This document shows positions 50,565-60,181 of a stretch of DNA of 64,000 bases, one piece after another. Made by a program: the position numbers and the translations under genes. Positions within the stretch are counted from its first letter, which is position 1, and every line of letters starts with the position of its first letter. The notes under the pieces were generated by a model. It had not been told where the DNA came from. It ran no database searches and saw only the letters and a program-made list of their open reading frames with translations. The stretch is from Blastocatellia bacterium (GTDB lineage: Bacteria > Acidobacteriota > Blastocatellia > UBA7656), in NCBI GenBank assembly GCA_963765495.1, contig CAVXWP010000009.1:192001-256000 (forward strand). Direction: 5' to 3'.

Positions 50565-51785
50565 ATGCAAATCAGTCTTATAAAGAGAGCCGGATCGACT
50601 TTCGGCATTATGGTTATCCTCAGTTTTGTGAGCGTGGGTGTGATGGTCCATGCCCAGTTGAATAATCAGAAAACGCAATCAGCCGCGACAGACGATGTGA
50701 AAGCAAATATCGAGGCGTTGCGATCTCAGGATGCGGTAAAGAGGGCGGCTGCCGCTTACGCACTTTCAAAACAGGGCGCTAAGGCTGTCGCCGCCATACC
50801 TGCGCTGATAGGGCTGCTGGGCGATGCCACCCCGGTTGACCCGCGCCTCTACAGAGACAAGGATTCCTGGTGCAACAACTGTCAATGGGAAGATTATTCT
50901 CCGGGCAAAGAGGCGGCCATTGCTCTTACAGACATTGGCGACCCGGCTGTCGAGCCGCTGATTGCCGCGCTCAACAGCACGGAATCGACGGCGCGCAAAA
51001 ACGCCGCGTGGGCGCTTGGAGCCATTGGCGATGACAGGGCTGTTATGCCTCTGACCGCGTCTCTGAAAGATCAGGCTCCCGATGTCAGAGAGCAGGCCGC
51101 GTGGGCAAGCGGAGCGATAGGAAGCAGTCGCTCGGTAGAGGCTTTGAATGCCGCGTTGACCGATACGAGCGCGGGCGTTCGCAAGCAATCGGCGTGGGCG
51201 CTCGGCGCTATCGGGAACAAAGGCGGCGTAACCGGCTTGATCGGCGCGCTTGGCGACACGGACCCGGATGTCAGAGAACAAGCCGCGTGGGCGCTCGGCG
51301 CTATCGGAGATGGTGAGGCCGCCGTGGCGCTGAGTTCTGCGTTGAAAGACGATTACGCCGAGGTCCGCAAACAGGCCGCGTGGGCGTGCGGAGCAATTGG
51401 CGACAGGCGCTCGGTAGCGAGTCTGGGCGCGGCGCTCACGGATATGAATGCCGGTGTGCGAGAGCAAGCCGCGTGGGCGCTTGGAGCCATTGGGGATAAC
51501 GGGGCCGTGGATGCGTTGAACAACGCTCTTAGAGATACTAACCCGGATGTGCGCAAGCAGGCAGCCTGGGCGCTTGGCGCGATAGGGAGCAACCGCGCGG
51601 TCGATTACTTGATCGCTTCGTTAAAAGACGAAGACTCTGACGTGAGAGAGCAGGCCGCGTGGGCGCTCGGCGCTATCGGCGACAACCGCGCATCAGACGC
51701 GCTCAGCGTAGCCTTGAAAGACAAGGATACGAAAGTGCGAAGACAGGCCGCGTGGGCACTGAGCGTTGTGGGATTTGAGAAGTAA
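50565..51785 (+). CDS. Secreted HEAT-repeat protein
   Basis: AAGGAG RBS, signal peptide (VHA), CNNC insert, nine VRxQAAWALGAIG repeats. Confidence 0.9.
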   Translation: MQISLIKRAGSTFGIMVILSFVSVGVMVHAQLNNQKTQSAATDDVKANIEALRSQDAVKRAAAAYALSKQGAKAVAAIPALIGLLGDATPVDPRLYRDKDSWCNNCQWEDYSPGKEAAIALTDIGDPAVEPLIAALNSTESTARKNAAWALGAIGDDRAVMPLTASLKDQAPDVREQAAWASGAIGSSRSVEALNAALTDTSAGVRKQSAWALGAIGNKGGVTGLIGALGDTDPDVREQAAWALGAIGDGEAAVALSSALKDDYAEVRKQAAWACGAIGDRRSVASLGAALTDMNAGVREQAAWALGAIGDNGAVDALNNALRDTNPDVRKQAAWALGAIGSNRAVDYLIASLKDEDSDVREQAAWALGAIGDNRASDALSVALKDKDTKVRRQAAWALSVVGFEK

Positions 51786-51816
51786 TTGATCGGCTGGCAC
51801 TGGCAGGGGAAACATC

Positions 51817-54231
51817 ATGGAAACTTTGTTGCAAGACTTCCGCTACGGGTATCGAATGCTCATAAAGCGTCCCGGATTTGCGGCCATCGCCGTGCTTGCG
51901 CTCGCGCTTGGGATCGGCGCTAATACGGCGATCTTCAGCGTAGTCAACGGCGTGCTGCTGAGGTCGCTTCCCTACAGCGGGCCTGACCGGCTGGTCATGG
52001 TCTGGGAACACAACTATGTCAGAGGCCGCGACCGCAACGTGGTGTCGCCTGCCAATTTTCTCGACTGGCAAAACCAGAATCACGTATTCGAAGAGATGGC
52101 GGCGATAATCAGTTTCCGCATAAACCTGACCGGCGCGGGCGAACCTGTAGAGTTGCCGTGTCAGATCGTAAGCCGCGACTTCTTTTCCGTTCTGGGAGTG
52201 CAGCCGATCATAGGTCGAGCCTTCACCGAAGAAGAGTGCCGACCTGAAAGCAACTACGCCGCGATACTGAGCCATCGACTGTGGCAAAGCCGGTTCGGAA
52301 GCGACCCGGAAATCATCGGCAAGTCAATCACGCTCAACGGAAAGAGCTATTCGGTTGTGGGCGTAATGCCGCCGGATTTCAATTACCTGAACAAGGAAAC
52401 CGAAGTCTGGATCCCTTATGGCATAAACCCGGCTACTGACTATCGAAAGGTATCGGGCCGTTTCCTTACCTCTGTAGCGCGATTGAAACCCGGCGTCTCG
52501 ATTGAACAGGCACAGGCGGAGATGTCTGCGATAGCCGCGCAGTTGGAAAAGACCTACACCGATTTCAACTCGGGCTGGGGCGTAAACCTTGTTCCGATCC
52601 ACGAGCAGGTCGTAGGCAAAGTGAGGCCGATCATTTTGATACTGCTCGGGGCCGTGGCCTTTGTACTGCTGATTGCCTGCGCAAACGTAGCCAATCTGTT
52701 GTTGGCTCGCGCTGCCTCGCGCCAGAAAGAGATGGCCCTGCGAACGGCGCTCGGAGCCGCGCGGCGGCGGATAATCAGACAATTGCTCACGGAAAGCCTG
52801 TTGCTCGCCGTGCTTGGCGGAGTGGGCGGATTGATTCTGGCCTACTGGGGGCTAAGGTTGCTTGTCGCGCTTGCCCCCCGAGAGATCCCACGCCTCGACG
52901 AGACGGGGATTGATTTTCGTGTGCTGGCTTTTACTCTTGGGGTTTCGATTCTTACCGGGCTGATCTTCGGGTTGTTGCCCGCGCTTCAGGCTTCAAAGCC
53001 GGATCTGAACGACGCGCTCAAGGAAGGCGGCAGAAGCGGCGCGGGCGCGGTCCGCAGCCGGACGCGAAATGCATTCGTCGTCGCAGAGGTCGCGCTGTCG
53101 CTCATCCTCCTGATAGGCGCGGGATTGATGATAAGAAGTTTCCTGCAACTTCAACAGGTCAATCCCGGATTCAACGGGCAAAATCTCCTGACAATGAGAG
53201 TGTTGCTTCCGGGCTCGACCTACACCGAAGACCAGCAGCGTTACACCTTTTTTGAGCAGGCCGAGCAACGCATCGCCGCCTTGCCCGGTGTTACCTCTGT
53301 TGGCTCGGTCAGTTTCCTGCCCCTGACCGGCCCGGGATCGGCCACCTCTTTTTATGTCACGGATCGGCCCGAACCGCCCCCTGGTGAAAAACCCGTTACC
53401 AACGTTCGAGTGATCTCCGGCGATTACTTTAAGACCATGGGGATTCCGCTTCTGAAAGGGAGACTCTTTACAGAAGGCGATACGAATGACTCTCCGAGAG
53501 TGCTGATAATCAGCGAGACGATGGCCCGCGAGTATTTCCCCGACGAAGACCCTCTAGGTAAGCGCCTCTCGATCAGTTGGGGTGATGACAGACCGGACGA
53601 GATCATCGGCGTAGTCGGAGACATCAGGGCCGAATCCCTTGACGGCGAGATTCGCCCGATGATCTACTGGCCCAATCGCAGAGAGACATATTCGTTTATG
53701 AATCTGCTTGTGAGAACCTCTACCGATCCGTTGAGCCTCGCGACTGCCGCGCAAAATGAGATCAAAGCGATAGACCCAAATCAACCTGTAGCTGAAATCA
53801 AGACGATGGAAGAGATCGTCTCCGAGTCGATAGCGGGGCCGCGTTTCAATATGCTGCTGCTCGCAATCTTTGCCGGGGTCGCGCTCGTGCTCGCCTCCGT
53901 AGGCATTTACGGCGTTATGTCTTACACCGTAACACAACGCACGCACGAAATCGGCCTGCGGATGGCGCTGGGCGCGCAAGCAGGCGACATCTTGAAACTG
54001 GTCGTAGGTCAGGGGATGATCCTTGCCTCAGCAGGCGTAATAATAGGTCTGATAGCCGCGCTATTGATGACATCGGTATTGTCGGGTCTGCTGTTTGCCG
54101 TGACGGCAACAGACCCGCTGACCTTCGCGGGCATCTCTTTGTTGCTGATAGCGGTGGCGCTTTTGGCCTGCTATATCCCGGCGCGGCGCGCAATCAAAAT
54201 AGACCCCGGCGTGGCGCTCAGATATGAATAG
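51817..54231 (+). CDS. Second ADOP-type duplicated MacB/FtsX ABC permease
   Basis: Same signature motifs. Paralog of 47992-50430. Confidence 0.95.
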   Translation: METLLQDFRYGYRMLIKRPGFAAIAVLALALGIGANTAIFSVVNGVLLRSLPYSGPDRLVMVWEHNYVRGRDRNVVSPANFLDWQNQNHVFEEMAAIISFRINLTGAGEPVELPCQIVSRDFFSVLGVQPIIGRAFTEEECRPESNYAAILSHRLWQSRFGSDPEIIGKSITLNGKSYSVVGVMPPDFNYLNKETEVWIPYGINPATDYRKVSGRFLTSVARLKPGVSIEQAQAEMSAIAAQLEKTYTDFNSGWGVNLVPIHEQVVGKVRPIILILLGAVAFVLLIACANVANLLLARAASRQKEMALRTALGAARRRIIRQLLTESLLLAVLGGVGGLILAYWGLRLLVALAPREIPRLDETGIDFRVLAFTLGVSILTGLIFGLLPALQASKPDLNDALKEGGRSGAGAVRSRTRNAFVVAEVALSLILLIGAGLMIRSFLQLQQVNPGFNGQNLLTMRVLLPGSTYTEDQQRYTFFEQAEQRIAALPGVTSVGSVSFLPLTGPGSATSFYVTDRPEPPPGEKPVTNVRVISGDYFKTMGIPLLKGRLFTEGDTNDSPRVLIISETMAREYFPDEDPLGKRLSISWGDDRPDEIIGVVGDIRAESLDGEIRPMIYWPNRRETYSFMNLLVRTSTDPLSLATAAQNEIKAIDPNQPVAEIKTMEEIVSESIAGPRFNMLLLAIFAGVALVLASVGIYGVMSYTVTQRTHEIGLRMALGAQAGDILKLVVGQGMILASAGVIIGLIAALLMTSVLSGLLFAVTATDPLTFAGISLLLIAVALLACYIPARRAIKIDPGVALRYE

Positions 54232-54252
54232 AGGTTAAGAGAAACCGCGACG

Positions 54253-54330
54253 GCCACGGATGATTGTGGATAAGAACGGGTGGGAACCAACCATTCAAAT
54301 ACCTTTCGGGCATCCATAATCATCCGTGGC
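54253..54330. repeat. 9-nt-unit inverted repeat element
   Basis: GCCACGGATGATTGTGGAT ... ATCCATAATCATCCGTGGC between convergent genes. Confidence 0.75.
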
Positions 54331-54502
54331 TCGGTCTCCATTTAGCCAGCGACTCGTCGGGATGAAACCGGTCATAGCAATTCAGACACAGAGTCTGCGT
54401 CTCTAATTCGCAATCCTCTTCCTCGCATTCCCATTCAATTTCACAGCCCCTGCACAGGTGCGAGTGATAGCCTCTCAGAGCTTCTTCGGTTCCGTCTGCC
54501 AT
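54320..54502 (-). CDS. Small acidic Cys-rich (putative metal-binding) protein
   Basis: HxCxxC...C...C...CxxC, 8 nt downstream of the BON gene. Confidence 0.55.
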   Translation of the reverse strand: MADGTEEALRGYHSHLCRGCEIEWECEEEDCELETQTLCLNCYDRFHPDESLAKWRPSHG

Positions 54503-54510
54503 AAAAACGA

Positions 54511-54972
54511 TTATGCTGAGACATTGATGTTATTTACAACGTTCTTTACGCCCTCGACGCTTTTGGCTACCTGTTCAGCCCTGCTTTTTTGCGAGTCGTT
54601 GGGAACGGTTCCGCTCAATGTCACTACATCGTTTTCCACGTCTACATTAATAGTCACATCGTCGAGATCGTCGGCGTAAGCAAGCGCGGAGCGGGTCTTG
54701 GTCCACAGCCACAGGTCATTTGCGCCCGTCCCTATCTTGCGCCCGAGGTCTTTTGCCTGTTTCTCGTATGACTCTTTATCTTTCTCATAATCCTCTTTCG
54801 AGATGTCGCGGGGGACGTTCTTGTTGCCGCGATTCGCTCTGGCGCTCTCGTTTTTGTTTGCTGCGGTGCGGTTGCTGTTTTCGTTCGTGTTGCCGTGCAT
54901 ATCACAGCCAAACGTAAAAGCAGCAATAAGCGCGAGGCTCGCAACCAGTACCATAAATTTCACTCTGTTCAT
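54511..54972 (-). CDS. BON-domain lipoprotein
   Basis: Lipobox-like TFGC, INVDVENDVVTLSGTV, VEGVKNVVNNI. Confidence 0.9.
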   Translation of the reverse strand: MNRVKFMVLVASLALIAAFTFGCDMHGNTNENSNRTAANKNESARANRGNKNVPRDISKEDYEKDKESYEKQAKDLGRKIGTGANDLWLWTKTRSALAYADDLDDVTINVDVENDVVTLSGTVPNDSQKSRAEQVAKSVEGVKNVVNNINVSA

Positions 54973-55158
54973 TGTTCACTCCTCTACGGCCCGGGAACGG
55001 TTTCCGATCCGGGCGCGGTTATTTTGTCAATCGTTGTCACTTTGAGTTCGCATCTCTCCATGCAGCGGTCACACTTTTGCCTTCGAACTTATGGAGCAAT
55101 AGGCGTGCCGCCAAAACAGGCTATTTGAGGCGCAAAACCATACTATTTCCACACGCGG

Positions 55159-55346
55159 GCGGATTGAATCGCTTCACATCATCCGGTTGCGTCGGTGTCA
55201 TTCGTGGCCTATTCCCACCAGGGCCATTCAGTTTTTGAGTAGCCCACAACAGGTGGAAGAAATGTTAAAAGTTGAGTTTAAGCAAAGGCGTGTTGAAATA
55301 GGCCGCGGATGACGCGGATGCGACGGATTTTCGCGGATCTGATTCG
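55159..55346. repeat. Degenerate 9-nt-unit (CGCGGAT) repeat arms
   Basis: AAATAGGCCGCGGATGACGCGGAT...CGCGGATCTGAT resembles 19330-19378. An inverted arm lies near 55180-55215. Confidence 0.55.
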
Positions 55347-55584
55347 AGTCTGCCCTTGATATTGTTGACCTTGCCCGATTGATAACGGACAATGATATAG
55401 TTCTATTGAAAGCTTAAAGTGTCGTGAATCGCTCGACAGGTTAAAATGCTGAGGTAAAGGCAATCCAACGACTCACCTTTACCCGTAGTCAGATTTGGAC
55501 TTCGGTTCCAGTTAGAGACAAGCTTAAAAACAAGCTCTTGAAATTTCAGACTTTAAGCGAATCACACAGCCTGGAGTAAATCTA

Positions 55585-57975
55585 ATGAAAAAGGCAGTAT
55601 TTTTTACAATCCCTCTAATCGCCTCCCTTCTCCTCACAACGAACGCTTTAGCCGGGCAACAAGATGAACGCGGGCGCGGCCTGAAGATAAAGGTGGGCGC
55701 GACGCCCGAAGAAGTAAAAGATGGGAAGCAGGCGGAAATTGGTTTGTGGGCCGTGCTGATCGGCGTGTCGCGTTATCAGATGGGAGATCAGAACGTTGAC
55801 GGCTACCGAATATCCAACCTCAAGAACGCGGCCGACGACGCGCAGTCGATCTATGATTTTCTCAAGAGTCCCGAAGGGGGCGGATTCCGCGATGAAAAAG
55901 ACGGCGGCCACATGATACTGCTCAAAGACGAGCAGGCGACAAAGGCAAATGTCGAAAGGGCGCTCGCCTCTTTGAAACAGGCAAAGCCAAACGATTATTT
56001 CGTGCTGTATATAGCGGCGCACGGCGCGCTTATCCCTTATCGCAAACCCGGCTCCAACACTACAGTAGATATTCCATACTTCGTGCTTTTCGACAGCGAC
56101 CTGCGCAACCCTGAAAACAGCATGCTCAAGATGGAAGCCTTTCGCCAGACGGTAAGCGAAGTGCCCGCCAAAAAAGGGCTGGTTCTGTCCGACACCTGTC
56201 ACAGCGGAGGCGTGCAGCTTGCCGGGCGCGACACATCAAATTCGTCGATTCGCGCCAATGCCCGCTATATCGAAGAGATGAACGAAGTGGCGAGCGGCGT
56301 CGGCTATATCTCTGCCGCCGATCAACTTGAGCAGTCCTTTGAGAACGACAATTTGAATCAGGGCGTGTTCACTTACTGCATGCTTCAGGGTCTTGCGGGC
56401 GATGCCGATACAAACTTTGACGGTAAGGTGACCTTCAACGAGCTTCAGGCCTACCTGCGCGATGAGGTGCCTCGCCTCACCGACAACAAGCAGCATCCAA
56501 AGGCCAACACCACGGCCATCGCCGCCAATTACCTGCCGCTTTCGGTAGTCAGCTATGCAGAAAATGTTGCCGCGACCGGCAACCCCGACGACTATGGATT
56601 GATGGTCATTCGCACGCCCGATGTGGACGGGGTCAAGGTAGCGATTGACGGAAAGGCGTTCGCCACATTCGACGCGGGAACTCAGCGCGCGGTGATGGTA
56701 AAAGTCGGCGCGCGCGATCTCACCTTTACAAAGGGAGATCTGAAACGCACGCTCAAGGCCACGGTCGATCACGAAAGACCGAAAATAGTCGAGGTCAATC
56801 TTACCTTTACCGAAAGCGACGAGGATTCGCTGGTAGAGCCTACCGATAAGGTCGTGGGCGTTTACCTGCCCGATGACAAAGAGCCGACCGGGGATGCGAA
56901 GGCTCTGTTTGTAAAAGGCGTTGACAGTTTTAACAAGCAGAAGTTCGAAGACGCAATCGAGCAGTTTAACCGGGCGGCGCAGGCAAACGGCGGTGGTTAT
57001 GCCGACGCGTTTGTTTATCGAGGCCGGGCCGAACAATCCCTGAGCCGCAAAGAGGCCGCCATAGCCTCTTTCAAGGCGGCGCTAGGGCTTCGCCCGACAG
57101 ATTTCGAGACCCAGACTCTGCTTGCGGAGGCCAAGTTCAACGCCGGGTATAACGTAGAGGAGGTTGTAAACGATCTGCGAAGCGTCATCAGACGCCATCC
57201 GAATTTCGATTATGCCCGCGTGGTCTATGGCGATGTGCTGTTATCGCGCAAAGATTTCGCTGCGGCAGAGCTTCAATTGAGGCGAGCCATAACTATCAAC
57301 CCGAAATCGCCGCCCGCGCATTTGATACTGGCCGATATATTGACCTATCAGGACTCGAAAGAGAAACAGAAACGAGCAGTCGAAGAGGCGGAAACAGCCA
57401 TTCAATTGTTCGATGAGGTTTCGCGAAAACAGGTCTCTACATCCGGGAGTCTGAAGCGGCTCTCAATTTCGCACCTGATATTCGGAGGCGGGCGCTATAC
57501 AAATGAACCGGCAGAGGCAGAAGCACACCACATACTGGGCAAGGCGCTCACGCGCATGGTCGAGCGTGATCTTACGATCAACGATCCCGACACCTATCTG
57601 AGCAAAGCCCGAACTCATCTGGATGAGGCGCTGAAGCTTGCCGAGAAACTCTCCGACAAGCATCGCCTCGTGCTTGTGCTCGACACTAGCGCGCAGAATT
57701 ATCTGCTGAAAGGCGACATCAAGCACGCTATTGAGGACGCGCAGCGGGCGCTGAAGATAAGCGATACGATGCCCGATCTGAAGGATTTTTACGAAGCTCA
57801 TTACACGCTTTATTCGGCCTACACAAGCGATCAGGAATTCTCGAAAGCCGCAGAGCACTTGCAGAGATTTATTCAGATAGCCGGTTCTCAATTGACCCCC
57901 GAAGAGCGTCAGGGGTACGAAGCGGAGTTGAAACGAATCAAGCGGATGAAGGACGCCAACCGGCAAAAGAATTAG
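55585..57975 (+). CDS. Exported caspase-family (C14) peptidase with PEGA-like and TPR regions
   Basis: Signal peptide, WAVLIGVSRY, AADDA, YIAAHG (His), SDTCHSG (Cys), GVFTY, DADTNFDGKVT, C-terminal TPRs. Confidence 0.9.
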   Translation: MKKAVFFTIPLIASLLLTTNALAGQQDERGRGLKIKVGATPEEVKDGKQAEIGLWAVLIGVSRYQMGDQNVDGYRISNLKNAADDAQSIYDFLKSPEGGGFRDEKDGGHMILLKDEQATKANVERALASLKQAKPNDYFVLYIAAHGALIPYRKPGSNTTVDIPYFVLFDSDLRNPENSMLKMEAFRQTVSEVPAKKGLVLSDTCHSGGVQLAGRDTSNSSIRANARYIEEMNEVASGVGYISAADQLEQSFENDNLNQGVFTYCMLQGLAGDADTNFDGKVTFNELQAYLRDEVPRLTDNKQHPKANTTAIAANYLPLSVVSYAENVAATGNPDDYGLMVIRTPDVDGVKVAIDGKAFATFDAGTQRAVMVKVGARDLTFTKGDLKRTLKATVDHERPKIVEVNLTFTESDEDSLVEPTDKVVGVYLPDDKEPTGDAKALFVKGVDSFNKQKFEDAIEQFNRAAQANGGGYADAFVYRGRAEQSLSRKEAAIASFKAALGLRPTDFETQTLLAEAKFNAGYNVEEVVNDLRSVIRRHPNFDYARVVYGDVLLSRKDFAAAELQLRRAITINPKSPPAHLILADILTYQDSKEKQKRAVEEAETAIQLFDEVSRKQVSTSGSLKRLSISHLIFGGGRYTNEPAEAEAHHILGKALTRMVERDLTINDPDTYLSKARTHLDEALKLAEKLSDKHRLVLVLDTSAQNYLLKGDIKHAIEDAQRALKISDTMPDLKDFYEAHYTLYSAYTSDQEFSKAAEHLQRFIQIAGSQLTPEERQGYEAELKRIKRMKDANRQKN

Positions 57976-58103
57976 CAAATCGGTTTCGCTCTACATTTTG
58001 CCGAACGAGATAATTGTGATAGATTTAGCGTGCAGCAACGAGGCGCGGGAGCCATCCCTTATTCCCATTCGTTCAGCAATAACAGGAACCGACAGGAGAG
58101 CAG

Positions 58104-58469
58104 ATGAGTCAAGTCATTGAAGAGGCCGAGGGGCTGGTAAAATTAGAGCCGATGTCTCATGGGCGGCCCGATCTCAGAAAAAAGAAACCGAAAATTCTGG
58201 CAGTTATCATGGATAACTGCACAGGCTGCGCGGGGTCTCCGGCCTGCGTGGAATATTGCCCCGTGGATGCCTGCATGTACTGGGTTTACGATACGGATTA
58301 TTTCCCGCTGGGCCGTATAGAGGTGGACCCGAACCTCTGCATAGGCTGCAAGCTATGCACGAGCAAAGGGCCGGACGGCACTTTCCTTGAAGGGTGCCCG
58401 TGGGATGCGATTGAAATGATGCCTACGGATGAATGGGAATCGCGCACCGGCCTGATGCTGAATCCCTAA
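58104..58469 (+). CDS. 4Fe-4S dicluster ferredoxin
   Basis: CTGCAGSPACVEYCP and CIGCKLC...GCPWDAI. Confidence 0.9.
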   Translation: MSQVIEEAEGLVKLEPMSHGRPDLRKKKPKILAVIMDNCTGCAGSPACVEYCPVDACMYWVYDTDYFPLGRIEVDPNLCIGCKLCTSKGPDGTFLEGCPWDAIEMMPTDEWESRTGLMLNP

Positions 58470-58470
58470 A

Positions 58471-58558
58471 GTGATTCGTGATTCGTGATGCGTGATTTAC
58501 AAGGCTTGCAATATGTCTGTAACAATCAAGCCTCTATAAAATCACGAATCACGAATCA
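58471..58558. repeat. 7-nt-unit inverted repeat element
   Basis: GTGATTCGTGATTCGTGAT ... ATCACGAATCACGAATCA. Confidence 0.85.
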
Positions 58559-58559
58559 T

Positions 58560-59510
58560 TCAGTGTGTGGCGCGGTTGCGGATCTCTTCAATGCTGGCCG
58601 CTGCCTTCTGGCGTATGTGATCGGGCATTCCTGCGATCTCGCGGGTGTAGCGTTCGATAAAGGGGATGTCTTCGGACTGGCCTATCAAGGCAAGAGCGAG
58701 CAGAGTGTTTTCCACCTGTTGAACGCCGGGCGAAATAACAGCCAGATCGGCACCTGCCTCGACTCGCGCTCCATCGTTTGATTTCACAAGATCAATGCGC
58801 CCGTCTTCGGGGATGCGCACGACCATCACACGTCCGTCATCGAGAGTTATGCGGGCGAGCGGCGAGCCCGCGGCCACGGGCGTGCCCTCCTGTTCCAGAA
58901 TCATCTCGACGGTCCCGCCCTCTTCGGCGCGCACCGTTATCGGTTTGAGCATCGAAACAAGCTCCGGTCTTCCGCTTGCGTCTCCGAATCTGACCAGCGC
59001 GAGCGCGGCGTTATGTCGCACTCCCGCGCTCTCGTCCTGAAGCATTGGAAGCAACGCCGAATGAAATTCCTGACTGGTGTTATCCTGGCCCATAGTCCAG
59101 GCAGAGGTGAGCCGCACCTGCGGCGTAGGGTTCTTAGCCGCCGAGATGACCGCCGGATAGAATTGCTTTACCGCCTGATCGCCATTGATTATGCGGTCGG
59201 CTATCTGAGAAAGCGCGTGCTGCACGTGGCGAGGCTTTTCGGTATCGCTCAGGTAGGATTCGAGTTGAGAATCGGAAAGCGAACGACCAAACCACGACCC
59301 GTACCACGATAAGAAAGAGACTATGACGAAAAGCGCCGCCACGACGAAAAGCGGCCACGGTAGCCTTCGCCGTTGCTCTGGCAGGGCAGGCTTTGAAAAG
59401 TCATCTTCGAATATTTCCTGATCTATCACTACTGTCTGATCTCCTGAAACTGATCGTTCCGTCAATCGGTGATTCGATTCTAAGCGGCTCGCGCAACGAC
59501 GGTCAAGCAC
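58560..59510 (-). CDS. Membrane-anchored HEAT-repeat protein with inserted biotinyl/lipoyl-like domain
   Basis: TM, HEAT units (VRLTSAWTMG, VRHNAALALVRFG) and two barrel-sandwich half motifs. True start is probably downstream of 59510. Confidence 0.7.
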   Translation of the reverse strand: MLDRRCASRLESNHRLTERSVSGDQTVVIDQEIFEDDFSKPALPEQRRRLPWPLFVVAALFVIVSFLSWYGSWFGRSLSDSQLESYLSDTEKPRHVQHALSQIADRIINGDQAVKQFYPAVISAAKNPTPQVRLTSAWTMGQDNTSQEFHSALLPMLQDESAGVRHNAALALVRFGDASGRPELVSMLKPITVRAEEGGTVEMILEQEGTPVAAGSPLARITLDDGRVMVVRIPEDGRIDLVKSNDGARVEAGADLAVISPGVQQVENTLLALALIGQSEDIPFIERYTREIAGMPDHIRQKAAASIEEIRNRATH

Positions 59511-59519
59511 GCCTCTGAT

Positions 59520-60128
59520 CTATGCAGGCCGGTTCGCGCTGTTCATATAAATGCGATCCGATCTCTTTTCACGCAACGAGCAGGCGCGGTTGGCATAGGC
59601 TAAGAGGAACAGGTCTTCATCGGCGAGCAAGGCTTTGCGAAAGGCCGAGTTGGTCACATACGCGGCGGCGCGCACCGCAGCGAAAGTCAACCCGGCGTAG
59701 GCCACAAGCGTGGCCGCAGTAATAAACTGGTTAAAGAGCAAATCAATAAACACAATCAATGAAGCCACACCCGCTATCGTGACCCATTTGCGAAACGGCG
59801 ATGCCGGGTGAGAGACGTAAAAGGCAAAGACCTGAATCGGCGCGGCAAAAAGCAGCCAGTAATCGCCAAGCGCCACTGCCGCAATCAGCGAGGCAAGCGC
59901 GGCGAGAACCAAAAGAAGCGACAACGCGGTTATCAATACTTTCTTGAATCCTGTATTGGAACTTTCCGACCATTCGGCGGCGGCAAGCGGGTCTACGCCC
60001 AGATTGAAGTCGCGGTCTGCGACTGCCCTTCGGAGTTCGGAAAAATTATTGAAGGGGAAACGAGGTATGTCGGATACGCTCTTCCATCCCGGCGCGTCTT
60101 TTCCCTTATCGGCTCGCGTAATTCCCAA
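59520..60128 (-). CDS. Hypothetical membrane protein
   Basis: Four hydrophobic segments, co-oriented in the operon. Start uncertain. Confidence 0.65.
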   Translation of the reverse strand: MGITRADKGKDAPGWKSVSDIPRFPFNNFSELRRAVADRDFNLGVDPLAAAEWSESSNTGFKKVLITALSLLLVLAALASLIAAVALGDYWLLFAAPIQVFAFYVSHPASPFRKWVTIAGVASLIVFIDLLFNQFITAATLVAYAGLTFAAVRAAAYVTNSAFRKALLADEDLFLLAYANRACSLREKRSDRIYMNSANRPA

Positions 60129-60181
60129 TTTTGCCCCGCGCTAATATGTGATATTTCACCCGCTCTGACCGATTCGATCAT

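Noticed and set aside
47041-51785. Regular 93-bp repeats as a CRISPR array
   Set aside because: They are degenerate coding repeats without unique spacers, and no cas genes are present.
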